DNA of 64,000 nucleotides. Origin: a virus. How positions within the stretch are numbered: position 1 is the stretch's first letter; each line of letters begins with the position of its first letter. Of this stretch, positions 45,630 through 53,781 are shown one piece after another. The notes under the pieces were generated by a model. It had not been told where the DNA came from. It was given only the letters and a program-made list of their open reading frames with translations, and searched no databases. Location: positions 1-64,000 of IMG/VR virus record IMGVR_UViG_3300005573_000057; one strand, written 5' to 3'. Both the position numbers and the translations under genes were made by a program.

Positions 45630-46109
45630 ATGAAAACATTCAACCAATTCCTTTTAGAAACTCTCACAAAAAATGCATCAGCGAAGGACTGGATTGACGA
45701 TTTTGTCAATTCGACTGATCCAAAGTTTGAAGGCAAATCCAAAGAAGAAAGAACCAACATGGCTTTGGCTGCATTCTATGCCAAACAGGGTAAAGTTGAC
45801 GAATCCATGACTTCGGTTGCAAGTGCTATGCACAAAGATCTGATTGTCGAAACCCCCATCATCGGGCCTGTTCACCATCCTAACACGCCTTCAAACGGCT
45901 CTCTATCAAAAGGAAGATCTGGGGTCTTGAGCGTGAACATGGATCAATTTAAAGATAAGTGGAAAACGTTTAGTGACAATGTTCGGCTAGCCGACAACAT
46001 TTCCAATACAAATGGAAAATTCTTCACCTTTGATGTGACGCCTTATTTGGACTGGCTCAACGACTTCAATATTTTTTACACCTTCACAGAAAAAGACTCT
46101 CCCATTTAA
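45630..46109 (+). CDS. Putative internal head protein
   Basis: MKTFNQFLLE; WIDDFVNS.DP.F.GKSKEER..MALAA.Y. Confidence 0.65.
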   Translation: MKTFNQFLLETLTKNASAKDWIDDFVNSTDPKFEGKSKEERTNMALAAFYAKQGKVDESMTSVASAMHKDLIVETPIIGPVHHPNTPSNGSLSKGRSGVLSVNMDQFKDKWKTFSDNVRLADNISNTNGKFFTFDVTPYLDWLNDFNIFYTFTEKDSPI

Positions 46110-46114
46110 TTATT

Positions 46115-46609
46115 ATGCCACAACGATACCGGCTTGTCAAGGGAAATACCAAGATTGCACTGAATATTGCCGGAAGGTTCCAGCCTCCGACAAATGCTCA
46201 CCTGTTGGTCGTTGAATCAGCAATCCTTCAAGCCAAACGAATGGGTGCGAATTTGTATTTGACTTTGGACGAATCTCACGATCAAGAAAAAAATCCACTG
46301 AATATTGATCAGCGAATTCGTTTTTTGAAGATTCTCTTGAGCCAATCAAATGTTTCTCTGGAATTCATGAATGAATCGTCATTCCTTGCAGAAGGATATG
46401 AGCGTGTTGTGGATGTACAACAGAACATGGGAAATCCTGACAAAGAGCGATTGTCGGGTATCAGTCCGGTGTTTATGCGTCACGCTGCCAAGACTGGTGA
46501 TCTACAACAATTTTCAACTGGACTCCCCGCATGGGTCTCCGAACAGAATGCACTAACTATATTGAATGCCATGCGCCAAGGCATGAAATTACCGAACCTA
46601 CAAAAATGA
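46115..46609 (+). CDS. Cytidyltransferase-like protein (degenerate)
   Basis: GRFQPPT.AH, SHD..KNPL, GIS...MR.AA..GD...F..GLP. Confidence 0.7.
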   Translation: MPQRYRLVKGNTKIALNIAGRFQPPTNAHLLVVESAILQAKRMGANLYLTLDESHDQEKNPLNIDQRIRFLKILLSQSNVSLEFMNESSFLAEGYERVVDVQQNMGNPDKERLSGISPVFMRHAAKTGDLQQFSTGLPAWVSEQNALTILNAMRQGMKLPNLQK

Positions 46610-47982
46610 TTGAAAATCCATTCTATCTAGCTCAGGAACTTGACGAAGCCAATCAACGGGGTAGTCTTGATTCGTGGAACAAATACACAGCCGATGAACA
46701 AGCTCAACTCAGGGCGAATCGGAACAGCATCTATTTCAACACGAAATACCCACTTAAGAAAAAGGGCGAAAAGGCTGCTACCGAAGAACCCAAAGGCGAG
46801 AACACAATCAAAGACCCCGAGGAAATCAATAATAAAGTCAGGGCCAAAGTTGTTCATAATCGGGCAAACCGCAAGGAAAACGAGCGTTGGAATCAACAAT
46901 CCATTGATGACGAGAAGCCGGATAGTTCGAACAATAGTGCTGATAAACCTGCTGGCGATCATTTGAAAGACCTTCATGCTCCTTTGATCAAGGGGTCTGC
47001 GATTACTCTCGCTAGTGGTGCAGCAAAAGAAATTACCAAAGCAGTAGCTAAGACATTTATTGACCTGAATCCAGAAACAGATATTGAAGTAGTTGAAAAA
47101 TTTTGCGATCATAATTCCAAAGAACGGAAAGCGTTGGTCAAAGGAATCAAGACGATTGCTAAAGGTACAACGGAATTCATTAAGCATACAGGCCACGAAT
47201 GGAAAAATGGCGCTAAGGGATTGCAAAAATTTGCTTCTGGCAAGGGAAATCCGAAAGAACGCTGGAATGCCTTGAGTGAGCACGAGAAAAAAGGAATCAA
47301 GGTTATTGGGAAAGAATTGACCCTCGCTATTGGTTCACTCATGATGACTGGTGAAGTGGGGCACATTGTTGCTGAATACGGTCTTTCTGGATCGGGCCTG
47401 AAAGCCTTTGGTGAAGCACTGGCAACCGATCTGGTACGAACAACGATTGTTGCATCGGCAATCAAAGGAACATACTATGGTCTCCATTCGTTGTTTGCAG
47501 ATGAAAACGGGGATGCCGAAGCTCAAGCCGTGATCAAGGATCTGATCAATCGTGCTGCTGCAATTGCTCAATCTGCTCAATTCGACCCGAATCTGCTAAT
47601 CAAGAACATGATCGAAGTTCAAAAACAAGGTTCTTCCAAAGATCGAAAAGATGACAAGAAATTCCTTGCTAAAGAATCTCGTAAAGCTGTTCGTTACACT
47701 GATTTCCTCAATGAGTGCAGAACATCCTTGATTGGTTTGTATGACACACGTACCTTGAAAGTGGTCTATACGATGCCGACAAATGTGGACTATTATACGA
47801 AGCTCGGTATGAAAGTGGTCAAAGAAGATACTCGGGATGAATTGAAAGCTGCCATGAGAGACAGTGGTTTGTATGATTATCTTGGTTCATCCCGAGATTT
47901 AGAAATTGATAAAATTCTTGAAAAAATGTTTTCGAATGTCAGTATTACCGCTGACCCGAATCATACGGAACTCAAAAATTGA
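46606..47982 (+). CDS. Late hypothetical protein with hydrophobic central helices
   Basis: ATGA coupling at 46606; TAACTA at 46554; internal YTDFLNE motif. Confidence 0.65.
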   Translation: MIENPFYLAQELDEANQRGSLDSWNKYTADEQAQLRANRNSIYFNTKYPLKKKGEKAATEEPKGENTIKDPEEINNKVRAKVVHNRANRKENERWNQQSIDDEKPDSSNNSADKPAGDHLKDLHAPLIKGSAITLASGAAKEITKAVAKTFIDLNPETDIEVVEKFCDHNSKERKALVKGIKTIAKGTTEFIKHTGHEWKNGAKGLQKFASGKGNPKERWNALSEHEKKGIKVIGKELTLAIGSLMMTGEVGHIVAEYGLSGSGLKAFGEALATDLVRTTIVASAIKGTYYGLHSLFADENGDAEAQAVIKDLINRAAAIAQSAQFDPNLLIKNMIEVQKQGSSKDRKDDKKFLAKESRKAVRYTDFLNECRTSLIGLYDTRTLKVVYTMPTNVDYYTKLGMKVVKEDTRDELKAAMRDSGLYDYLGSSRDLEIDKILEKMFSNVSITADPNHTELKN

Positions 47983-48030
47983 GTACACTAACTATTAACA
48001 TACAATAATCCTTTTAACGGAGAATAAAAA

Positions 48031-48828
48031 ATGCCACTTTGGTCTGATAAAGATACCGATGCTGGAATCCCTAAGTTTGCTGGTCTTGGGCAAGTCGTTG
48101 CCGTAGTCCTGTCTCAACCTGGATCTGGTTACACAGTTGCTCCTACCCTAACTTTCGCTGCACCACCAGCATCTATCACAGCCACGGCAACATCGACGCT
48201 GAATGGTAGTTCTGTTGGTTCTGTCACGATGGTTCTAAATGGAACAAATTACATCACCCCTCCAACTGTCACGTTCTCGGCTGCTCCTACCGGCGCTGGC
48301 AAAGTAACTGCCACTGGAACCGCTATCATGGATGGTCATGGTACTGTGGTAGGGGTCACACTGACAAACCCCGGATCGGGCTATGTGACTGCTCCTACAG
48401 TAACGTTCAGTGCGCCTCCGGTTCCTGTGACAGCGACTGGAACAGCGACAATCAATGCTTCTGGTCAAGTGGCTTCTGTTACGATCACAGATCCTGGTTC
48501 GTTCTACACTGTAGCAAATCCTCCGACTGTGACGTTCTCGGCCCCTCCTACGGGCGCTGGTAATGTAACTGCCACTGGTGTTGTTGCATTCAAAGAACGC
48601 AATTCTCACATCTTTAACCCCGGCAAGGCTGTTCTGTTCCTGAGTGTTGACCAAGCGCAATTGACTGCTAATCGTGCGTTGGGAATGAAAACTCCCGGAT
48701 GGTTCAGTTACAATAGCTACACGGATGGAAGTGGCGAAACGCATATCAGGATTGAACCCCTTGTAGCCATGAGCAAAACCGAAGCTTACGCCGGGAAGAA
48801 CCCTAACAACACTGTTGTTACTGGCTAA
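48031..48828 (+). CDS. Virion structural protein with GSGYT.APTVTF repeat domains
   Basis: MPLW..KD N-terminus, PGW..Y..Y...G..R.E.LVAM C-terminus; TAACTA at 47989. Confidence 0.7.
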   Translation: MPLWSDKDTDAGIPKFAGLGQVVAVVLSQPGSGYTVAPTLTFAAPPASITATATSTLNGSSVGSVTMVLNGTNYITPPTVTFSAAPTGAGKVTATGTAIMDGHGTVVGVTLTNPGSGYVTAPTVTFSAPPVPVTATGTATINASGQVASVTITDPGSFYTVANPPTVTFSAPPTGAGNVTATGVVAFKERNSHIFNPGKAVLFLSVDQAQLTANRALGMKTPGWFSYNSYTDGSGETHIRIEPLVAMSKTEAYAGKNPNNTVVTG

Positions 48829-48850
48829 TCCTTTTTGAGTTGTGAATCCG

Positions 48851-48890
48851 AGGGCGTATTTGCCGTGCAGCAAATGTCGCCCTTTTTCTT
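48851..48890 (+). terminator. Rho-independent terminator
   Basis: AGGGCG..ATTTGC...GCAAAT..CGCCCT followed by a T tract. Confidence 0.65.
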
Positions 48891-48909
48891 TGGCCCATCC
48901 CCACATTCC

Positions 48910-49290
48910 ATGCTAGAAGCAAATAGTCAAAATAACGATTTTCTTAAAAAATGCTTGGAAATCTATTCCAAAAGAAATAATTGCGGAGTAGACGAATTTG
49001 AAAGTGACATTCGTTTACTGGTTAACATCAAGCGACTTCTTATTAAGATCAAAAATAATCCCGAATTGCCGACTCCATCATCTATCAGGCTTCTGAGTAA
49101 CCACTTGCGCGTGCTTTTCAATCTCTTTGGTACATACTCTATAGAAATGTTGGAATACACCATCCCAGAACCTTACTATGATGTGATGTTTGCAGGTCTT
49201 GTCGAATCAAAACTCATTACGGAGAAAGCTGCTATTCAAATCAATCCAGAGTCCATTCACCAAATCCAACGATTTACTGGAGTACAATAA
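48910..49290 (+). CDS. Conserved T4-like hypothetical protein
   Basis: EF.SD....IKRLL, RLL.NHL.VLFN.FG. Confidence 0.65.
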   Translation: MLEANSQNNDFLKKCLEIYSKRNNCGVDEFESDIRLLVNIKRLLIKIKNNPELPTPSSIRLLSNHLRVLFNLFGTYSIEMLEYTIPEPYYDVMFAGLVESKLITEKAAIQINPESIHQIQRFTGVQ

Positions 49291-50060
49291 TGTCAGGAAC
49301 ATCCTTTGTTGACGGAGTTCTAGCTTTCCGCATCCTGCAACTGCTTACCACTCCTTTCGAGGAAATGGATGCTTATAAACTCGGATTGATTAACGATCAA
49401 GGCGAACAACTTAAAAAGCCCACAACTGATGCAGAAAAACGAGCATGGACAATCTTAACAAGAGTTGTGGTACGGGTCAAACGCGCCGTGTTACGCAGTT
49501 CTGCCGGATCATTGGCTTCCATTGCTGCTGCTTACTGGTTGGTGAAAGAATGCTATGACAAGCGTGTGATCTATGGGTTGAGTATGATGACCGAGGAATA
49601 CGAAATCCTGCTTGAAAATGCTGACGAGTATATCCCTGTTGAAGAAATGGTCTTGATTCAATCCATTCTAGGGGAAGATGCGCCAACTAATAACACTACG
49701 GCAATCCCTGGTGAACACGAGCCTGTCATTACTCAGGCTGCTGCTCGGAAGTATCGTGAGTTCAATGTCACTTCATCAACATTCAACAAGTTTTCCAAAG
49801 GAAAACAGAAATTCAGTCGTTGGTCACAGTATATTGATACGACCAACGAAGAAGAAAACGATATGTATGACTACGCCAAGAAGAACCCACGCGGAATCAT
49901 CATTCTGAAACATGGGGATCAAACTCGTGCTATCCGATTCAACAGGCGTGGCGGTGGCAATTGGCACAAGATTCGTCGGCCTACACGCATTACCGAATCT
50001 ACCTACTCAGAAAATCCAATTGAGATTGAAATTTGTTGTGTTAATCTTTCAAAATTATAA
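49290..50060 (+). CDS. Conserved T4-like virion protein
   Basis: D....FRIL.LLTTPFE..DAYKLGLI...G; EDAPTN; RW..Y. Confidence 0.7.
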   Translation: MSGTSFVDGVLAFRILQLLTTPFEEMDAYKLGLINDQGEQLKKPTTDAEKRAWTILTRVVVRVKRAVLRSSAGSLASIAAAYWLVKECYDKRVIYGLSMMTEEYEILLENADEYIPVEEMVLIQSILGEDAPTNNTTAIPGEHEPVITQAAARKYREFNVTSSTFNKFSKGKQKFSRWSQYIDTTNEEENDMYDYAKKNPRGIIILKHGDQTRAIRFNRRGGGNWHKIRRPTRITESTYSENPIEIEICCVNLSKL

Positions 50061-50069
50061 ATAAAAATC

Positions 50070-50483
50070 ATGTCAGAAACTTCTTTACAAAACTTTCAAA
50101 ATGATACGTCCCGAACATTGGAATCGCAATTGAACCAGACTGTCGGTTTGCTCAATCGACTGGATTCGTCAGTGCAAAAAATTTCCGACGCTGCACAGTC
50201 CTTGTCTGTTTCTGTTGCTGTTCAGGGACAAAAGATTGAAGATCTACAAAAAACGATGGCTAATGTTGTTTTGTCGCAACAAAAACAAACGGAATTGTTG
50301 GAAAGCGTCAATTTGGCAAAATCAGATATTGAAACACTTAAAATTAACATGAAAGCGTTGCAATCTCAAGTTGGCGGAATGAATAGGCTTTGGTGGATTG
50401 TCACCGGGGTCTTTATGACACTAACGACACTGTTCGAAGCTGCGCAGAATGGGATTTTTACAATAACTGGCCGTCTTCATTAA
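50070..50483 (+). CDS. Coiled-coil protein with C-terminal TM helix
   Basis: Heptads followed by WWIVTGVFMTLTTLF. Confidence 0.65.
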   Translation: MSETSLQNFQNDTSRTLESQLNQTVGLLNRLDSSVQKISDAAQSLSVSVAVQGQKIEDLQKTMANVVLSQQKQTELLESVNLAKSDIETLKINMKALQSQVGGMNRLWWIVTGVFMTLTTLFEAAQNGIFTITGRLH

Positions 50484-50486
50484 CAA

Positions 50487-50969
50487 ATGGCAAATACGTT
50501 TATCAAGAAACGTAAGCGTCGGTATCCAAAGCCGACTCAATTCATTCCAAAGAACCAAAGCAAGTATCGTGGAGATTTGACAAATATTGTCATTCGAAGC
50601 AATCTTGAAAAGCGTTTCGCTCTATGGTGTGATCGAGCATCGTCAGTTGTTGGGTGGGTTAGTGAGGAATTGATCATACCCTACATTTCCCCTGTCGATG
50701 GTCAGAAGCATCGTTATTTTGTAGACTTTAGAATCTGGGTTTTGGATTCTACGGGGAAGGTCACAGAATATTGGGTAGAAATCAAACCGAAGGCAGAAAC
50801 AATGCCTCCGGTGAACCCGACAAGAAAAACAGCCAAATCCCAACAAAATCTGCAAGAGGCCATTGCGACCTTTGCAGTCAATCAGGCCAAGTGGGAAGCT
50901 GCAACCGGGGTAGCTGAAAGCCGAGGTTGCAAATTCCTTGTTGTCACTGATGAGGATCTGGGGGTTTAG
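50487..50969 (+). CDS. gp4: Head completion nuclease
   Basis: P.N.SKY.GD..NIV.RS..E, W.SEE..IPY.SPVD...HRYF.DF, VEIKP, NQAKW.AA. Confidence 0.93.
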   Translation: MANTFIKKRKRRYPKPTQFIPKNQSKYRGDLTNIVIRSNLEKRFALWCDRASSVVGWVSEELIIPYISPVDGQKHRYFVDFRIWVLDSTGKVTEYWVEIKPKAETMPPVNPTRKTAKSQQNLQEAIATFAVNQAKWEAATGVAESRGCKFLVVTDEDLGV

Positions 50970-51580
50970 AACCCGCCACTCTCTGTCCACACGTGGTCTT
51001 TGCTTTTCTTCTGGAACTTTTCGACCGGAAGCATGACAGCCATAGGCCAATCCCGATATGGAACTAGGAAAGCTTGAGATTGGACATGGCTGAACAAGTA
51101 ATTCTTCACGCAATGTGAAGTCATTTGATGAGTTGCAACACTCTGTAAAATATTGTAGTTCCACTGCAATCTACGCTGATCCCCGACACCTTCCTTATAG
51201 GGTTGAAGTGCTTTGAGCAATTCCAGCCGAGCACGCGGATAGAGATAATGCAGATTAACACCCAGAAAACCTAAACCATCTTCCCGCAACCGAAATGGAA
51301 AGACCAAGGGAAATATGTCGTAATAAGGCAATTCATCCTTGTATTTTGGGTCATAAAAATAGAATAACATTTGACCAGCAATCAAATTTGAAATAGGACG
51401 CAATTTACTTGCATCCGACTGCATGATTCGATTAGGAGTTACACTAACAGACCTTGCTGCCCGCGCAACGTCAAAGAACCAGTCCAGTGACTTTTTGCTC
51501 TCTGGATTGAAATTCTTGAGTTTCTGCTGTGTCAGGGAGAATTGTTTGAATACCTGATCGTACCGATTTGATGCTTGCAT
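50966..51580 (-). CDS. gp2: DNA end protector protein
   Basis: YDPKYK..LPYYD.FPL, FLG.NLHYL.P..R, CVK.YL.SHV, LPVE.F.K. Confidence 0.93.
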   Translation of the reverse strand: MQASNRYDQVFKQFSLTQQKLKNFNPESKKSLDWFFDVARAARSVSVTPNRIMQSDASKLRPISNLIAGQMLFYFYDPKYKDELPYYDIFPLVFPFRLREDGLGFLGVNLHYLYPRARLELLKALQPYKEGVGDQRRLQWNYNILQSVATHQMTSHCVKNYLFSHVQSQAFLVPYRDWPMAVMLPVEKFQKKSKDHVWTESGGF

Positions 51581-51589
51581 GTGAATGTA

Positions 51590-51618
51590 TAACTATTAGT
51601 GGTGGCTCCATATAGTTA
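51590..51618. promoter_or_regulatory. Face-to-face pair of TAACTA motifs serving divergent gp54-like (+, 51590-51595) and gp2 (-, 51613-51618)
   Basis: One motif on each strand within a 60-bp intergenic gap. Confidence 0.6.
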
Positions 51619-51640
51619 TCAAAAAACGAAAGAGGAAAAA

Positions 51641-52420
51641 GTGGCTTCAAGTTTTCAACGATTCATCGGTACGATGAAAACAACCGGAACAGCCAGGACA
51701 AATTTGTTCGGGGTTAATATCTTTTTGCCTAGATCATTGATTCAGTTCCAAAGTTTCACAAATAATGTTATTGCACTCTATGCTTCGACTGTGCCCGTTC
51801 CAAATGTCAGTCTAAGTACATCACCCTATCAGAATTATGGTGAAGTCCGAACACTTCCGGGTAATAGACAATTCGATACACCCTTGACGATTGAATTTTA
51901 CATGGATGGAAACTACAATACTCGACTTCTGTTTGAACAATGGATCAATTCTATTTCAGATCCAAACACCAAGAATCAAGGTTACTACGATGATTACATC
52001 GGAACCATTGAAGTCTATGGATTGGATCGTGACGAACAAACCTTGTGTACCTATCGAATCAATGAAGCTTACCCGAAAAGCGTTGGTGTCGGATCTTATA
52101 GTCATGCAGCAAGTCAAATCAATATGCAGACAACGAGTGTCACGTTTGTTTTCAAGAACACCAATTTCATCGGTAACGCAAGTTTGCAGAATTTCCAGGG
52201 CTACGATCTTCAAACAGGGTCTCTTTCGGGACTGCCATCTGCCATTGCTCCATTGTTCCAAATTGGCGGCTTACAGGGGCTAGGTGGTAATCTACTTGGA
52301 AATATGGATGCGGCTACCGTGGTTGGATCAAATAATCTACCACGGACGTTCATCAATATGAATGATTTGCCACTTGGCAACAATGCAGTTATCAACAGTT
52401 TCAGTACAATGTTTCCGTGA
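51641..52420 (+). CDS. gp54: Baseplate tail tube initiator (gp54-like, gp19 fold)
   Basis: AR.N.F.V, YGE.R, FY.D....R..FE.W..I, YYDDY.G.I...LD, EAYPKSV; GTG start after AGAGG. Confidence 0.75.
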   Translation: MASSFQRFIGTMKTTGTARTNLFGVNIFLPRSLIQFQSFTNNVIALYASTVPVPNVSLSTSPYQNYGEVRTLPGNRQFDTPLTIEFYMDGNYNTRLLFEQWINSISDPNTKNQGYYDDYIGTIEVYGLDRDEQTLCTYRINEAYPKSVGVGSYSHAASQINMQTTSVTFVFKNTNFIGNASLQNFQGYDLQTGSLSGLPSAIAPLFQIGGLQGLGGNLLGNMDAATVVGSNNLPRTFINMNDLPLGNNAVINSFSTMFP

Positions 52421-52426
52421 AATAAA

Positions 52427-52900
52427 ATGAACAAAATTGATCAAAGTCTACAAAAAATTTTCTCGACAATGGATGAAACCGTTGCCGAGGATAAAGCCAT
52501 TGAAGCCGTGATTGAACAAGAACGACTGATAGATACTCCTTATGATGAAGTGATTGTCAATCTTCGACGACTCATTGATCGTGCAGAAGAAGCAATGAAC
52601 TCAAGTCAATCAGCCGCAGAATCGACCGAAGTAGCTGAGGATTTTGATGCCTATTCCAAAGTCACCAAAAACTTGATCGACATGAATCGAGAATTGCGGG
52701 ATGCTATTACTGCCAGAGAGAAATACCGAGCAGCTATCCTTCAACAAAAGAAGGAAACGGAACCAGACAATAAAACTCCTAATAACACGACGAACAACAT
52801 TATTGCCATTGGAACCACAGCCGATCTTCAACGCTTGCTCAAACAAACGATGGAAATCCCGGACTACATTGATGTGAAATCTAAAACCATAGGAGAATAA
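52427..52900 (+). CDS. gp16: Terminase small subunit
   Basis: NLR.LI....EA...A, Y...K.L.D.N..L, NNTTNNII.IGTTADLQRLLK. Confidence 0.75.
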   Translation: MNKIDQSLQKIFSTMDETVAEDKAIEAVIEQERLIDTPYDEVIVNLRRLIDRAEEAMNSSQSAAESTEVAEDFDAYSKVTKNLIDMNRELRDAITAREKYRAAILQQKKETEPDNKTPNNTTNNIIAIGTTADLQRLLKQTMEIPDYIDVKSKTIGE

Positions 52901-52902
52901 TC

Positions 52903-53610
52903 ATGGCCTTACCCAAGATTGCAACACCAGTTTTCATGGCGGTACTGCCAAGTAACAAAATGCAGATCAAATATCGGCCATTCCTTGTCAAAGAAGAAAA
53001 GGCTCTCTTGCTTGCCAAACAACAAGAGTCTGCTCCCGGCCTGATGCTTGCAGTATGGGAAGTGATTAACGCATGCACCTTCGGAGTTCTCGATATTAAA
53101 ACATTGGCTATGATTGATCTGGAATTCCTCTTTTTGCGAATCCAAGCCAAAAGCGTTGGGGAAGAACAAAAAGTCAGTTTTCCTTGTACTGTTACTGAGG
53201 GATGCTCCGGTAGCGTGATCAAAACAATCAATACTGAAACAGACATTGTACCGATTTCCAATCCACAGCATACATCCAAGATTGCTATTACAGATACAGT
53301 TGGGATTGTTATGCGCTATCCAACCATGCAAGGCAACATTGACCGATTGACAAGTGAGAACTTTGACGAAATTGATATGCTGATTGACTGTATCGACTAT
53401 ATCTACGATAAGGACGAAACATTTCCTGCATCGGAACAAACAAGGGAAGAACTTTCTGATTTTCTGCAAACAATGACAGATGAACAATTTGGGCGTTTAC
53501 AAGGATTCTTTGAAACGATGCCTTACATGGGTTTCAATCTGAAATTCAAATGCCCCGTTTGTGAACAAGATAATGAAATCGAACTCAGGGGAATCGAAAG
53601 TTTTTTCTGA
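52903..53610 (+). CDS. gp26: Baseplate hub assembly protein
   Basis: MALPKI.TP, IKYRPFLVKEEK.LL.A, DLEFLFL.I.AKSVGE, MRYP, FFETMP, CPVC, G..SFF. Confidence 0.93.
   Translation: MALPKIATPVFMAVLPSNKMQIKYRPFLVKEEKALLLAKQQESAPGLMLAVWEVINACTFGVLDIKTLAMIDLEFLFLRIQAKSVGEEQKVSFPCTVTEGCSGSVIKTINTETDIVPISNPQHTSKIAITDTVGIVMRYPTMQGNIDRLTSENFDEIDMLIDCIDYIYDKDETFPASEQTREELSDFLQTMTDEQFGRLQGFFETMPYMGFNLKFKCPVCEQDNEIELRGIESFF
53601..53607 (+). promoter_or_regulatory. Candidate -1 ribosomal frameshift heptamer T TTT TTC
   Basis: In-frame X XXY YYZ just before the gp26 stop; the -1 frame continues into gp51. Confidence 0.5.
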
Positions 53611-53780
53611 TGACGCTAGGGCATGAATCATTGGAGAATTATTATCGAACGACATTCTCCTTGATTGACCGATTCAAATGGCCTCTCTCGGATGTTGAAA
53701 CGATGATACCTTTCGAACTGGATGTGTACCTAGCACTCTTAAACCAAAGATTAACCGAAGAAGCAAAGCAGGACAATTGA
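53610..53780 (+). CDS. gp51: Baseplate hub assembly catalyst
   Basis: HESLENYYRTTFSL...KWPLSDVETMIPFE.DVYLALL; not in the ORF track. Confidence 0.8.
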   Translation: MTLGHESLENYYRTTFSLIDRFKWPLSDVETMIPFELDVYLALLNQRLTEEAKQDN

Positions 53781-53781
53781 A

